A stretch of 46,147 bases of DNA from a virus (Duplodnaviria > Caudoviricetes), in the IMG/VR virus record IMGVR_UViG_3300046779_000463, positions 1-46,147 of that record; one strand, given 5' to 3'. The position numbers and the translations under genes are program-made. Each line of letters starts with the position of its first letter. The stretch's first letter is position 1. The notes beneath the pieces are model-generated. The model did no database searches. It saw only the letters and a list, made by a program, of their open reading frames with translations, and was not told where the DNA came from. This document shows positions 19,044-28,367 of this stretch, one piece after another.

Positions 19044-19536
19044 AGAATTTTCTTTAAGACTAGAGTCAGATCCGTTGCTTTATCAAAAGTTAGAAGACTT
19101 TGACTTTAGCTCAGGAGTGGATGCTAATGAAATCGAGTCCTCTATGATTGCAATTATGTCTATATTCAAAGGCATAGGCATTGCCGCTAATCAAGTTGGG
19201 TTTGATAAACGAGTAATTGTTATTAAACCCAAAGGACAACAACCATTTGCTATGTTTAACCCTGTTGTTGTAGAAAGTTCCAAATCACGCACAGACGAAG
19301 AAGGATGTTTAAGTTTCCCCAATTTATACATTCCTATAGAAAGACCAAACGAAGTTACTGTCAAATACCTTGACAAAGAACAAAAAGAGTGTACAATTAC
19401 TTTAAGCGGTTATGATGCTAAGTGTGTCTTACATGAAATTGACCATTTAGACGGAATAACATTTACCAAACGTGTAAGTACAATGAAATTAGCATTCGCT
19501 TTAAAAAAGAGGAAAATAAATGGTAGAACCAAGTGA
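19012..19536 (+). CDS. def: Peptide deformylase (start uncertain)
   Basis: Motifs [18 protein letters not shown]. Confidence 0.92.
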   Translation: MSNYQVVTNPKEFSLRLESDPLLYQKLEDFDFSSGVDANEIESSMIAIMSIFKGIGIAANQVGFDKRVIVIKPKGQQPFAMFNPVVVESSKSRTDEEGCLSFPNLYIPIERPNEVTVKYLDKEQKECTITLSGYDAKCVLHEIDHLDGITFTKRVSTMKLAFALKKRKINGRTK

Positions 19537-21766
19537 TCAACTGCAAGTAGTTTTTGAAAAGGCAGTAGCAGACTGCAAAAAGTTAGGACACGAATATGTT
19601 ACTTTGGAACATTTGGTGTTTGCCATGCTCTGTGAAGAAAAGTTTTTCGAACTAATCGTTAACTTTGGCGCAGATGGCGAGTATATTAAAACAAACCTCG
19701 AACACTACTTAAAGAATCAACTCGACGACATCAAAGTTGATCCTATTCCAAAAGGTTTTAAACCTAAAAAGACACAGACTGTTGAACGTGTGTTGAATCG
19801 TGCATTTACACAAGTGTTGTTCAGCGGACGTCAAAGCATTGAACTAATTGATGTATTCCTTAGCGCATTAAGTGAAAAGCGCAGTTATGCTATTTTCTAT
19901 GTAAACAAAGGTGGAGTAGACCGCGACAAGTTTGCAGATTTCATTAATAGCGAAATCGAAGACGAGGAAGAAGAACAAGTAACAGATGCTCAAAGCGAAA
20001 AAGCGTTAAGAGCATTTACTACAAACCTAAATGAAAGCGTCAAGAAGAGTAAAGTCGATCCTGTTATTGGCAGAGAAATCGAACTCGAACAAATTGCCCT
20101 AGGCCTTGGCCGCAGAACTAAAAATAACGTTTTGCTAGTTGGCGATCCTGGTGTAGGTAAAACTGCTATTGCCGAAGGTATGGCGTTTAACATCGTTAAC
20201 GGCAATGTTCCTGAATTCTTAAAAGACTATACAGTTTATAACTTAGACATTAGCTCGATGCTTGCCGGTAGTAAGTATCGCGGCGATTTCGAAGAACGTT
20301 TTAAATTAGTTCTTAAAGCATTGCAAAGCAAAGGCAAGACTGTATTGTTTATCGACGAAGCACACATGATGAGTGGCGCAGGTGCAGGTGGACAAAGTAA
20401 TAGCAACGACCTTGCTAACATGATGAAGCCAGCATTGAGTAAAGGTAACATCAAAGTTGTTGCTAGTACAACCTGGGAAGAATTCCGTAAGTATTTTGAA
20501 AAGGATCGTGCGTTAATGCGTCGATTCCAACGTGTTACTGTTGACGAGCCAACACCGGAAATGGCTATTGATATTCTCAAAGGTATCAAGAAGTATTACG
20601 AAAAACACCACAACGCAGAAATCACAGACTCTGCTATTGAAACGGCTGTTAAGTTAAGTGTCAAATACTTGACTGATAAAAAACTACCAGACAAGGCTAT
20701 CGACTTAATTGACGTAGCATGTAGTCGCTTTAATTTGAAAGACAGCGAACACAAGATTGTTGACACATCTGAGATTCAATACGAATTAGCAAAGATGGCT
20801 AAACTTCCTGTGGACACAGTTAAGGAAAAAGAAAGCGAAAATCTTGCAAGTCTTGAAAAGAACCTTAAAGGTGAAGTTTATGGCCAAGACGACGCCATTA
20901 CAGAAGTCGTCGATAAAATTCTCGTTGCACAAGCAGGTTTGAAAGCAGACAACAAACCTATTGGTTCATTTGTGTTCATGGGCCCAACTGGTACAGGTAA
21001 AACTGAAACTGCTAAACAACTTGCTCGTCAACTAGGCGTTCCTATGATTCGATTTGATATGTCAGAGTATCAGGAGAAGCATAGTGTATCTAAGTTAATT
21101 GGTAGCCCTCCAGGTTACGTTGGCTTTGAAGATAATGCAGGCTTGTTAATTACTAAACTGCAAGAGAACCCACATTGTGTTCTTTTGTTAGACGAAATTG
21201 AAAAGTCACATCCAGATGTTTCAACTATCTTGTTGCAACTAATGGATAACGGCAAAGTTACAGGCAGTAATGGTAAGGAAGCAGATGCTAGAAACATTGT
21301 GCTAATTATGACCACTAACTTAGGTGCGGCTGACGCTGAAAAGAACGTAATCGGATTTGGCAGTCAAGACAACGACTACGAAGACAAGGAACTTAAAAAG
21401 TTCTTTGCTCCAGAGTTCCGTAACCGTTTAGATGGTATCATTACATTCGGCAAACTCAGCAAAGAAACAATGATTAAAATTGTTGGTAAGTTCTTAGTTG
21501 AGCTTAAGAACCAAGTTAAAGAGAAAAACATTAAGATTACTATCAGTGATGAAGCAATCGACTACTTGGTTGAAAAAGGCTTCGACAAGCGAATGGGTGC
21601 TCGTCCGTTACAGCGTGTTATTGACAAAGACATTAAGCGTCAGTTGTCTAAAGAAATGCTGTTTGGCGACTTGAAACAAGGTGGATCTGTTAAGATTGAT
21701 GTCAAGGACGACCAAATTGTTTTAACAATGCAACATGAAACTGTACAAAAACACGAAAACGTCTAA
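19520..21766 (+). CDS. clpA: ATP-dependent Clp protease ATPase subunit, ClpA-like
   Basis: Clp N-domain, two AAA+ modules (GDPGVGKT, GPTGTGKT), 'PPGYVG', IGF ClpP-docking loop, no ClpB middle domain. Confidence 0.92.
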   Translation: MVEPSDQLQVVFEKAVADCKKLGHEYVTLEHLVFAMLCEEKFFELIVNFGADGEYIKTNLEHYLKNQLDDIKVDPIPKGFKPKKTQTVERVLNRAFTQVLFSGRQSIELIDVFLSALSEKRSYAIFYVNKGGVDRDKFADFINSEIEDEEEEQVTDAQSEKALRAFTTNLNESVKKSKVDPVIGREIELEQIALGLGRRTKNNVLLVGDPGVGKTAIAEGMAFNIVNGNVPEFLKDYTVYNLDISSMLAGSKYRGDFEERFKLVLKALQSKGKTVLFIDEAHMMSGAGAGGQSNSNDLANMMKPALSKGNIKVVASTTWEEFRKYFEKDRALMRRFQRVTVDEPTPEMAIDILKGIKKYYEKHHNAEITDSAIETAVKLSVKYLTDKKLPDKAIDLIDVACSRFNLKDSEHKIVDTSEIQYELAKMAKLPVDTVKEKESENLASLEKNLKGEVYGQDDAITEVVDKILVAQAGLKADNKPIGSFVFMGPTGTGKTETAKQLARQLGVPMIRFDMSEYQEKHSVSKLIGSPPGYVGFEDNAGLLITKLQENPHCVLLLDEIEKSHPDVSTILLQLMDNGKVTGSNGKEADARNIVLIMTTNLGAADAEKNVIGFGSQDNDYEDKELKKFFAPEFRNRLDGIITFGKLSKETMIKIVGKFLVELKNQVKEKNIKITISDEAIDYLVEKGFDKRMGARPLQRVIDKDIKRQLSKEMLFGDLKQGGSVKIDVKDDQIVLTMQHETVQKHENV

Positions 21767-22388
21767 ACTATTCTTTGACAAGTTTGTTAACAAGGTAACT
21801 GTTGTTACTCCTGTTGCTTCTGAATTTAGAAATAACAAAATGGAGTACACAAAAACTTCGTTAGCAAACTTGTTACTAAGAATATCGAAGTCGGAGAACA
21901 AATCCGTATCTGTTACGGCGTGGACTAAACGCATGGTTAACGAAACCGATATCAAACTTGCTGTTGCTCTTTGTAATTTGCTGGCCGATACAAAGTCTGA
22001 TTACGCTATTAGAGTTGAAGGTCCATGGTTAGGTATCTATAGCAATGATGACGCATTAATAGATAACATCGTTGCCAATAACATGGTAAAAGAAGTGTCA
22101 AAACCTGCAAGCTCAAAGGTTAGGGACTTCTTGTTAGCAAACCCTAATAGTATTATATCTAACAAATATACGCACAAATACAGGGTTACGGTTAACCCGT
22201 TGAAAGAATCTTCGGCTAATTTCCACAGTTGGGCTGAAAAGATTCCGACTATTAAACTATTGAAACGTACCTACAGAACTGAAGGGTACTTTTATGCTAG
22301 TAACGAAAAAACTCTGGGCATGTGCCGCTTGTTTCTGGGCAATAAACTGCGAAGAGTTGACACTTTGTACTTAGAGAGCGAAATTTAA
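21735..22388 (+). CDS. Hypothetical protein
   Basis: 217-aa ORF overlapping the clpA end. Confidence 0.6.
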   Translation: MKLYKNTKTSKLFFDKFVNKVTVVTPVASEFRNNKMEYTKTSLANLLLRISKSENKSVSVTAWTKRMVNETDIKLAVALCNLLADTKSDYAIRVEGPWLGIYSNDDALIDNIVANNMVKEVSKPASSKVRDFLLANPNSIISNKYTHKYRVTVNPLKESSANFHSWAEKIPTIKLLKRTYRTEGYFYASNEKTLGMCRLFLGNKLRRVDTLYLESEI

Positions 22389-22401
22389 GACAGTCGCAAA
22401 C

Positions 22402-22435
22402 TAGCATAAATACTATAATACTGGTGCTTATGCTA
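22402..22435 (+). promoter_or_regulatory. Late-like promoter (CATAAATA) in the 5' arm of a hairpin that masks the RBS/start
   Basis: TAGCATAA (22402-09) pairs with TTATGCTA (22428-35), which includes the A of the ATG. Confidence 0.55.
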
Positions 22436-22779
22436 TGAAAATTAATGATATTGATTCACAATTAGAACAGTTTAAGGACGTTGACTTTGTCGACGACCTA
22501 AAGTTCTTTATGCACAACGACCCTCGATTCTATCGCAAGGTGTTGTACCCTGTTATTTCCGAATTAAGAAATAAACTAAAATCAGGACAAAAGTGCAACG
22601 AAACTTCTTTCATGAACTGCATTGAAAGAGCTATCCCTGTTTACTGCAACAAGTTTAAAATTACACAAAATCCTAAGGTAATCTTCGATCCTGAAGAAGT
22701 TAAGGATCTTGCTGTTAGAATGTTCCACGAAGAAAAGCAAAACATTAATAACGGCGTTTATGACGGGAGAGACGAATGA
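22435..22779 (+). CDS. Hypothetical protein
   Basis: 114 aa; first gene of the late block. Confidence 0.65.
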   Translation: MKINDIDSQLEQFKDVDFVDDLKFFMHNDPRFYRKVLYPVISELRNKLKSGQKCNETSFMNCIERAIPVYCNKFKITQNPKVIFDPEEVKDLAVRMFHEEKQNINNGVYDGRDE

Positions 22780-22868
22780 TTCTTTTAGAAGGCGGAAATG
22801 TCTTTCCAGATGTAGAACCATTTAGCAAAGACGAAGCAAAGGAAGTATTAGCAAAAGCACAATCATGA
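22776..22868 (+). CDS. 30-aa ORF (MILLEGGNVF...), probable frameshifted N-terminus of the downstream nucleotidyltransferase
   Basis: ATGA overlap with the upstream gene, GGGAG RBS, LLE motif like neighbouring N-termini. One extra base near 22864 would fuse it to 22865..23629. Confidence 0.55.
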   Translation: MILLEGGNVFPDVEPFSKDEAKEVLAKAQS

Positions 22869-23629
22869 TGCCGCAAGGAATTGATTTGATTCCTGTTGGC
22901 AGTGCAGGACACAAAGCAAGTTCTGGAGATATGGATTTAATGGTTGACGAACAGGCTATGTTAGATTTCTTTAAAGTTAAAACTGCAAAAGAAGCACGTC
23001 AACAATTAAAGACTTATTTCCAAGACAGAGGTACAGCGTCTGCGTTAACTGGTATTAATGTTCATATTAAAGTTCCTAATGGAGACAAGTTTGCACAAGC
23101 AGATATTATGTTTGTTAAAGATGCTGGATCTGTAAGTAAGTTTCATCAACACGACTACTCTGTTGAAAACACTCCATACAAAGGACTTCACAAACACATT
23201 CTTTTATCTAGCATTGCTAAAGAAACACGCAACCAAAGATATCCTTATGGTTTGATGTGGAGCGGATTCCAAGGATTGTTTGCTAGAGACGAAGCAGGAA
23301 AGAAAGCAGACTTTATTACTCACAACGCAGATGAAGTTGCAAAAATACTTTTAGGTGCGCAAGCAACTGCTGCCGATTTAGGTAACGTAGAAAGAATTAT
23401 TGCCGCGTTACCTGGTAACGAAAAGAATCCAAAAATACAACATGCATTGTCTGATCCTAACTGGCCAGGCAACGAAGGCAAGAAGCCTGAAGATGTAAAA
23501 GAAGGTTCGTCAGAATGGTTTACATGGATGCAAGGTGTTGTAGAAGGTACATACGGACGTTACTGGTGTAGCACAGATAAAAAATGGAAGGAACGTAAAG
23601 GTCCTAAACAGTCTAGGAGCAGTGAATGA
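22865..23629 (+). CDS. Pol-beta-superfamily nucleotidyltransferase (putative)
   Basis: 'VGSAG....SGDMDL' (hGS..DxD) plus a third acidic residue in 'QADIMF'. Confidence 0.65.
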   Translation: MMPQGIDLIPVGSAGHKASSGDMDLMVDEQAMLDFFKVKTAKEARQQLKTYFQDRGTASALTGINVHIKVPNGDKFAQADIMFVKDAGSVSKFHQHDYSVENTPYKGLHKHILLSSIAKETRNQRYPYGLMWSGFQGLFARDEAGKKADFITHNADEVAKILLGAQATAADLGNVERIIAALPGNEKNPKIQHALSDPNWPGNEGKKPEDVKEGSSEWFTWMQGVVEGTYGRYWCSTDKKWKERKGPKQSRSSE

Positions 23630-24774
23630 GACTAAGAGAATTATTTGTCGAAACTGCCGAAGTAGCAAAAAAGAAATTAGGTCGTGCGTTTAACCACTTA
23701 GAAGACTTAGTGTTCTTTCACGGAACTGACGGCGTTATAGAAGCACTAGAACATATTAAAGAAATAGCAACAGCAGAAGGTGCCGAAACTATTCGTATGA
23801 AGTGGGACGGCAATCCTCAAATCTATTGGGGCAGAGCAACTAAAAATGGTCCTTTAGTATTGGCAGGCCATAACGGCTGGAGTCGCGGAGCCGCAACAGA
23901 TAATCCTGAAGACCTAAAAGACTTCATTGCTAACAAATCAGGAACAACAAAAACTCCGGAAGAAAAGAAAGAAAGAGAAAAGTTTGCTGAAAAGTTTGCT
24001 AGTCTTTATCCACTGTTTGACGCGGCTACCCCTAAAGACTTTGTCGGTTATGTTTATGCCGATTCGTTGTTTTTAAACAGACCAGAACTTAACGACGGTG
24101 TTTATACATTCTGTCCTAATCCTAAATCTAAAACATGTTATCATGTACGTGCAGATTCAGAATTAGGAAAACGAATTTCCGGTGCTGATGTAATGGTAGT
24201 AGGTCATGCTTACTTCCCAGAGTTTGGAATGCCAGACGAATCACAAAAGCCAATGGACGACTTTAGCAAATTTAACAACACACAAGGACTAATTGTACAA
24301 GGTCCAATTTATAATAAAAAACCCATTAGTGTTGACGTTAGCCATATTAACGAAGTAGAGCAGTATATTGAACAACACGGTGCGGCCATTAACGGATTCT
24401 TAACCGATGTTGCAGGATTAAGCGACCTTAAGAATATCGTTTACACTTATGTGAACCAAACTGCTAAAGCAAAACAGTTGGCTAACTTAGATGTTAAGCA
24501 TTTCCAATCTTGGTTACAAACTTCTAAAGTTAGTCCAGGCAAACAACAAAAAATACAAGAAAAAATTTCTGCACATCCGGGCGGGTTAGAATCTATCTTT
24601 TCTATGTTAAAGAAGATACAGTCTGTTAAAAACGACATACTAGCACAAATCGAAGGCGAGCAGGGAGATATTTGGGATACAGAAGGCGAAGGGCGTGTCA
24701 GATACGCAGGAGCCGGAAAGAAATTTGGAAACATTAAACTAGTCAACAGAGACCAGTGGACTCCTGGGGAATAA
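23626..24774 (+). CDS. Ligase-like protein with KxDG motif (DUF6267-like)
   Basis: 'HLEDL', 'MKWDGNP', C-terminal 'EGEG.V...KLV.R', resembling covalent nucleotidyltransferase motifs I/IV/V. Confidence 0.55.
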   Translation: MRLRELFVETAEVAKKKLGRAFNHLEDLVFFHGTDGVIEALEHIKEIATAEGAETIRMKWDGNPQIYWGRATKNGPLVLAGHNGWSRGAATDNPEDLKDFIANKSGTTKTPEEKKEREKFAEKFASLYPLFDAATPKDFVGYVYADSLFLNRPELNDGVYTFCPNPKSKTCYHVRADSELGKRISGADVMVVGHAYFPEFGMPDESQKPMDDFSKFNNTQGLIVQGPIYNKKPISVDVSHINEVEQYIEQHGAAINGFLTDVAGLSDLKNIVYTYVNQTAKAKQLANLDVKHFQSWLQTSKVSPGKQQKIQEKISAHPGGLESIFSMLKKIQSVKNDILAQIEGEQGDIWDTEGEGRVRYAGAGKKFGNIKLVNRDQWTPGE

Positions 24775-24775
24775 T

Positions 24776-25975
24776 ATGCGATTAAGAAATTTATTTGAAG
24801 CGTCATCAAAAGAAGTAGCCATTATCTTTGGTCGCTTCAATCCTGCACACCAAGGACACAAAGCGGCATGGGAAACTGCGGCTACTAAAGATATTTGGTA
24901 CGTAGGCACTAACGAATCAACTGTTGGCCCTAAAGATCCTTTGCCGTTTAATGTTAAAGTAGAAGTTATGCAAACAATATGGCCTGACGTTAAAGGCCAT
25001 ATTATGCCAGAAACTAGTTGGTTAACATTAGCCAGTTATGTTTATAAAAAGCATGGCAAAGTTAGTTTAGTATGCGTTACTGACGAAAGTTGGGTAGTTC
25101 CAACTATTCAAGAATACAATGGAAAAGAAGGTCCCCATGGATTTTACGAGTTTCCAGAAATTAGACTTTACCACGATAGTATTGAAGAAGCAAAACTAGC
25201 ACTTCGAAAGAGTTCTGCAACAAGTTTACGAGATGCTGTTGCAAAAGGCGATAGACAAGCATTTAGTGATGCCGCAGGAGTTAGTGCGGATACACCTGTT
25301 ATGGGTAAACCGTTTTTTGATTTAGTTGCAGAATACTTAATGCCTTACGTAGATAAAGCAAAAGCCAAAGCAGATAAAGCAAAAGCCAAAATAGAAAAAC
25401 CTAAAAAAGAAACTAAGCCTAAGAAGGACAAAGAAGATATGAAAATTAAAGATTTAGAAAAGGCCGTAGCAGAGGGCAAGACACAAAAACAAGAAGCACC
25501 TAAGCCTCGTAACTTTGTTGCTAAGAATGCTATGGCTACTACTAGCGGTGCTGGCGCACACAAAGATAAAAAGAAAGCCATGAAACAAGGCGAAGTTAAA
25601 CATAAAGGTAAAGTTGAAATGGCAGAAGCATATGGACGCAGTTCAAGTTATCACGGCTATCTAAGTAATTTAGAGAAAGGTCAGCAAGACGCGGCAGACC
25701 AATACAAAAGAGATTTTAAACGTCGCGAGATGGAACACGAATTAGGCGACGAAGAAGAATATTATCAACGTCAAGTTGCTCGTCAAAGAGAATTAGACCG
25801 TGGCCCTTGGTACATTCGTATCGACGGCAGGATCTTAACCTCAAAAGGCGAAAAGAAAGTATTTGACTGGAAAAAGGGTGCAAACAATTATGCACTTGCT
25901 ATTTTAAAGAACAAGCCTGAATTACAAGGCAAAGTAATGCTTACTAAGAATCCAGAAGATAATCAAAATGGATGA
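24776..25975 (+). CDS. HIGH-superfamily nucleotidyltransferase (cytidyltransferase/NMNAT-like) with appended modules
   Basis: 'FGRFNPAHQGH', 'DPL', 'SSATSLR'; Lys-rich linker and extra C-terminal segments. Confidence 0.75.
   Translation: MRLRNLFEASSKEVAIIFGRFNPAHQGHKAAWETAATKDIWYVGTNESTVGPKDPLPFNVKVEVMQTIWPDVKGHIMPETSWLTLASYVYKKHGKVSLVCVTDESWVVPTIQEYNGKEGPHGFYEFPEIRLYHDSIEEAKLALRKSSATSLRDAVAKGDRQAFSDAAGVSADTPVMGKPFFDLVAEYLMPYVDKAKAKADKAKAKIEKPKKETKPKKDKEDMKIKDLEKAVAEGKTQKQEAPKPRNFVAKNAMATTSGAGAHKDKKKAMKQGEVKHKGKVEMAEAYGRSSSYHGYLSNLEKGQQDAADQYKRDFKRREMEHELGDEEEYYQRQVARQRELDRGPWYIRIDGRILTSKGEKKVFDWKKGANNYALAILKNKPELQGKVMLTKNPEDNQNG
25351..25392 (+). repeat. 21-nt tandem duplication (DKAKAKA/DKAKAKI) in a linker
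   Basis: AGATAAAGCAAAAGCCAAA occurs twice at 21-nt spacing. Confidence 0.8.
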
Positions 25976-26168
25976 TATTTCTCAATTAAAGAAATTAGCA
26001 GGCATTAATGAATTTAAAGGCTACCAGCCTTACGGCGGTAGTAATATAAGTATTACAGGCATGGAAAAAAGAGAACTAGAACGTAAGCATAATATTAAAC
26101 CTGGCACAGATGAGTGGTTTAAATTGTGGTTCAGTAAGCCTTACTTAACTGGAGAAAAGCCGGTATGA
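25968..26168 (+). CDS. Small hypothetical protein, putative internal head protein
   Basis: 'LKKLAGINE' N-terminus; overlaps both neighbours. Confidence 0.65.
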   Translation: MDDISQLKKLAGINEFKGYQPYGGSNISITGMEKRELERKHNIKPGTDEWFKLWFSKPYLTGEKPV

Positions 26169-26452
26169 GAATTTACGAAATAATTACCGAAGACTGGAAT
26201 AAAGTCAACAAGAAAGATAAAACGGACGGTATGAGTGCCAAAGCCGTTAAAGCGTATCGTCGCGAAAATCCAGGTAGCAAATTAAAGACAGCAGTTACTA
26301 AAAAGCCTAGCGAATTAAAAGCAGGTAGTAAAGATGCTAAACGTCGTAAATCTTTCTGTGCTCGTATGTCTGGTAACAAAGGTCCTATGAAAGACGAAAA
26401 AGGTCGTCCTACTCCTAAGGCTAAAGCATTGAAGCGTTGGAACTGCGAATGA
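26165..26452 (+). CDS. Basic small protein (DUF6321-like module), putative internal head protein
   Basis: 'MRIYEIITE' leader, then 'AYRRENPGSKLKTAV..RRKSFCARM..W.C'. Confidence 0.65.
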   Translation: MRIYEIITEDWNKVNKKDKTDGMSAKAVKAYRRENPGSKLKTAVTKKPSELKAGSKDAKRRKSFCARMSGNKGPMKDEKGRPTPKAKALKRWNCE

Positions 26453-27690
26453 GAGCAAAAGACTTTACAAACGAAGGCCGTAAAAAGAAAAAAAGCAAAG
26501 TAAAATACGGTGCTGCCTGGGGACCCGGTCCTTACGGCTTGTACGGCTACGATGCTGGATATAGCGGAGAAGGCGGAATGTCCGACGGTGGTGGCGAAAG
26601 TATCATCAACGAAGCGTGGACTCCTGAAAAACAACAAAGAATTAAAGACTTTGCGCTATGGGCTATTAAACTTTTAGAAATAGAGCAAGCACCAAAAATT
26701 AAATTAGTAGCAGATAGTGGAACTACTGCACTAGGTTACTTCGATCCTAACACACAAAATATTGTTGTTACCGTTAAGGATCGTCATCAAATGGATATCA
26801 TGAGAACTCTTGCTCACGAACTAGTACATCGTAAGCAAAACGAAGCACGTGAGCTCGATGGCGAAACTGGTAGTCCAGACGAAAACGAAGCAAATGCATT
26901 AGCAGGTGTATTGTTGCGCTATTGGGGCAAAATGAACCCTGAGCAATTCAACGAAGGCTGGAGCGACAAATATAAGCGTTCCATTAACTGTAATAATCCT
27001 AAAGGGTTTAGTCAACGTGCTCATTGCCAAGGACGTAAAAAAGACGAAAGCAATAAACTAATTCCTTATCCTAAAGGAACAGTTAAAGTAGATGTCGACG
27101 ATGTCTACGATTGGTATAAACTAGGAATGAACATCAGCGACTTAGACGATGCAGATCCAGAAGATTTTGGAAAAGGACCTCCACAAACAGTATTATCGTT
27201 TGGCGCCGAACCAATCGAACACAAATACATGAAGGCTTTACAACGTCTAAAAATGAAAACTCACGACTTAGACGAATTTGCACCTAGTCAAGGAGACGAT
27301 AACAACGACGACGATATGTTGTTTAAGTATGCTAAGATGTGGTACAATAGCGAACTAGATGTACAACACAAGATTGAACAAATACTAGACAGAGCCGGTT
27401 GGGAAATTGGAGAACTAGAATCCGAAGAAGGCGGTGCGTTTGTTGTTAAGTCGGGCGATGAAAACGGAGACACATACGTTGGCTGGAGTGCAGAAGAATT
27501 AACTAATATCGATGAAAACTTTGCAGATGGGCGTAACCCACAAGATAAAGGCGATAGCAAGCGTCACGGAATTAGTAAAGGAATGAGTATTGCAGATCTT
27601 AAGAAGATTCGTAGTAGTGATTCAGCAAGTCCTCGTAAAAAACAATTAGCGCATTGGCAAATTAATATGCGTCAAGGAAAGAAAAAATGA
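26449..27690 (+). CDS. Modular protein with zincin (HExxH) metallopeptidase-like domain and several small modules
   Basis: 'RTLAHELVH..Q...ENEANA'; modules start after xNE/xDE sites; start at the ATGA overlap, 26449. Confidence 0.7.
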   Translation: MRAKDFTNEGRKKKKSKVKYGAAWGPGPYGLYGYDAGYSGEGGMSDGGGESIINEAWTPEKQQRIKDFALWAIKLLEIEQAPKIKLVADSGTTALGYFDPNTQNIVVTVKDRHQMDIMRTLAHELVHRKQNEARELDGETGSPDENEANALAGVLLRYWGKMNPEQFNEGWSDKYKRSINCNNPKGFSQRAHCQGRKKDESNKLIPYPKGTVKVDVDDVYDWYKLGMNISDLDDADPEDFGKGPPQTVLSFGAEPIEHKYMKALQRLKMKTHDLDEFAPSQGDDNNDDDMLFKYAKMWYNSELDVQHKIEQILDRAGWEIGELESEEGGAFVVKSGDENGDTYVGWSAEELTNIDENFADGRNPQDKGDSKRHGISKGMSIADLKKIRSSDSASPRKKQLAHWQINMRQGKKK

Positions 27691-28343
27691 AAATAGATGA
27701 TTTACTAGAAGGCGTTATTAACATGATGGACTTAGCAAAGAAGGCTAAGGCTATGTTAGATAAAGGCATGACTGAACAACAAGCACAAGCAGAACTTGTT
27801 AAAGAAGGTATTCCTCCTAGACTTGCCGCACAAGCAGTACAAATGGCGCAGATGCAAGAAACTGTTGCAGATCAACTAACGCTAGAAGCACCGTTAATGC
27901 CAACGGACGATCCTATGGATCCTATGATCCACGGACACGAAAAAGCAAACCCTATGCGTCTAAAAGAACGTATTGTACAAACAAGACGTCAACTACAAGA
28001 ACTAGCACGTATGGCCGAAAGCGATGAGTTTTCCACTTGGGTACAAATATGTAAATTAGCCAAGGGCGGAATGTTTATGGGCCTTGAGCAAAACTTAGAA
28101 CAAGTTAGGCACGGTTTAGAAGAACTAGCCGCTAAACGTAGAAAAGGCGGTGTACAAAGCAAAGGTATTGAAAAGTTTGACGAAACTGCTACTGTAGGCG
28201 GAACAAGCGCAGGCATGGTTAGCGTAGGTGCAGTTTATAAGAATAAACCGGGCAAAACACCCAAGAATAAAGACGGTACAGCAAAAAACGCACTAGATAT
28301 GAAGGCTAATCTTCTAACAGGCGGCAGTATAGCAAAACGATAA
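27687..28343 (+). CDS. Modular hypothetical protein, putative internal head protein
   Basis: 'MKIDDLLE' leader; 'FDE-TATVGGTSAG' C-terminal module. Confidence 0.65.
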   Translation: MKIDDLLEGVINMMDLAKKAKAMLDKGMTEQQAQAELVKEGIPPRLAAQAVQMAQMQETVADQLTLEAPLMPTDDPMDPMIHGHEKANPMRLKERIVQTRRQLQELARMAESDEFSTWVQICKLAKGGMFMGLEQNLEQVRHGLEELAAKRRKGGVQSKGIEKFDETATVGGTSAGMVSVGAVYKNKPGKTPKNKDGTAKNALDMKANLLTGGSIAKR

Positions 28344-28346
28344 ATA
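28339..28346 (+). promoter_or_regulatory. Putative late promoter GATAAATA
   Basis: Exact motif before AGGAG and ATG 28368. Confidence 0.55.
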
Positions 28347-28367
28347 TATTACTAGGAGATTTTAACC

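Noticed and set aside
18213-21766. Bacterial chromosome origin suggested by dnaJ/def/clpA/dps/phoH
   Set aside because: These genes are interleaved with phage structural, lysis and T4-like replication genes of uniform composition.
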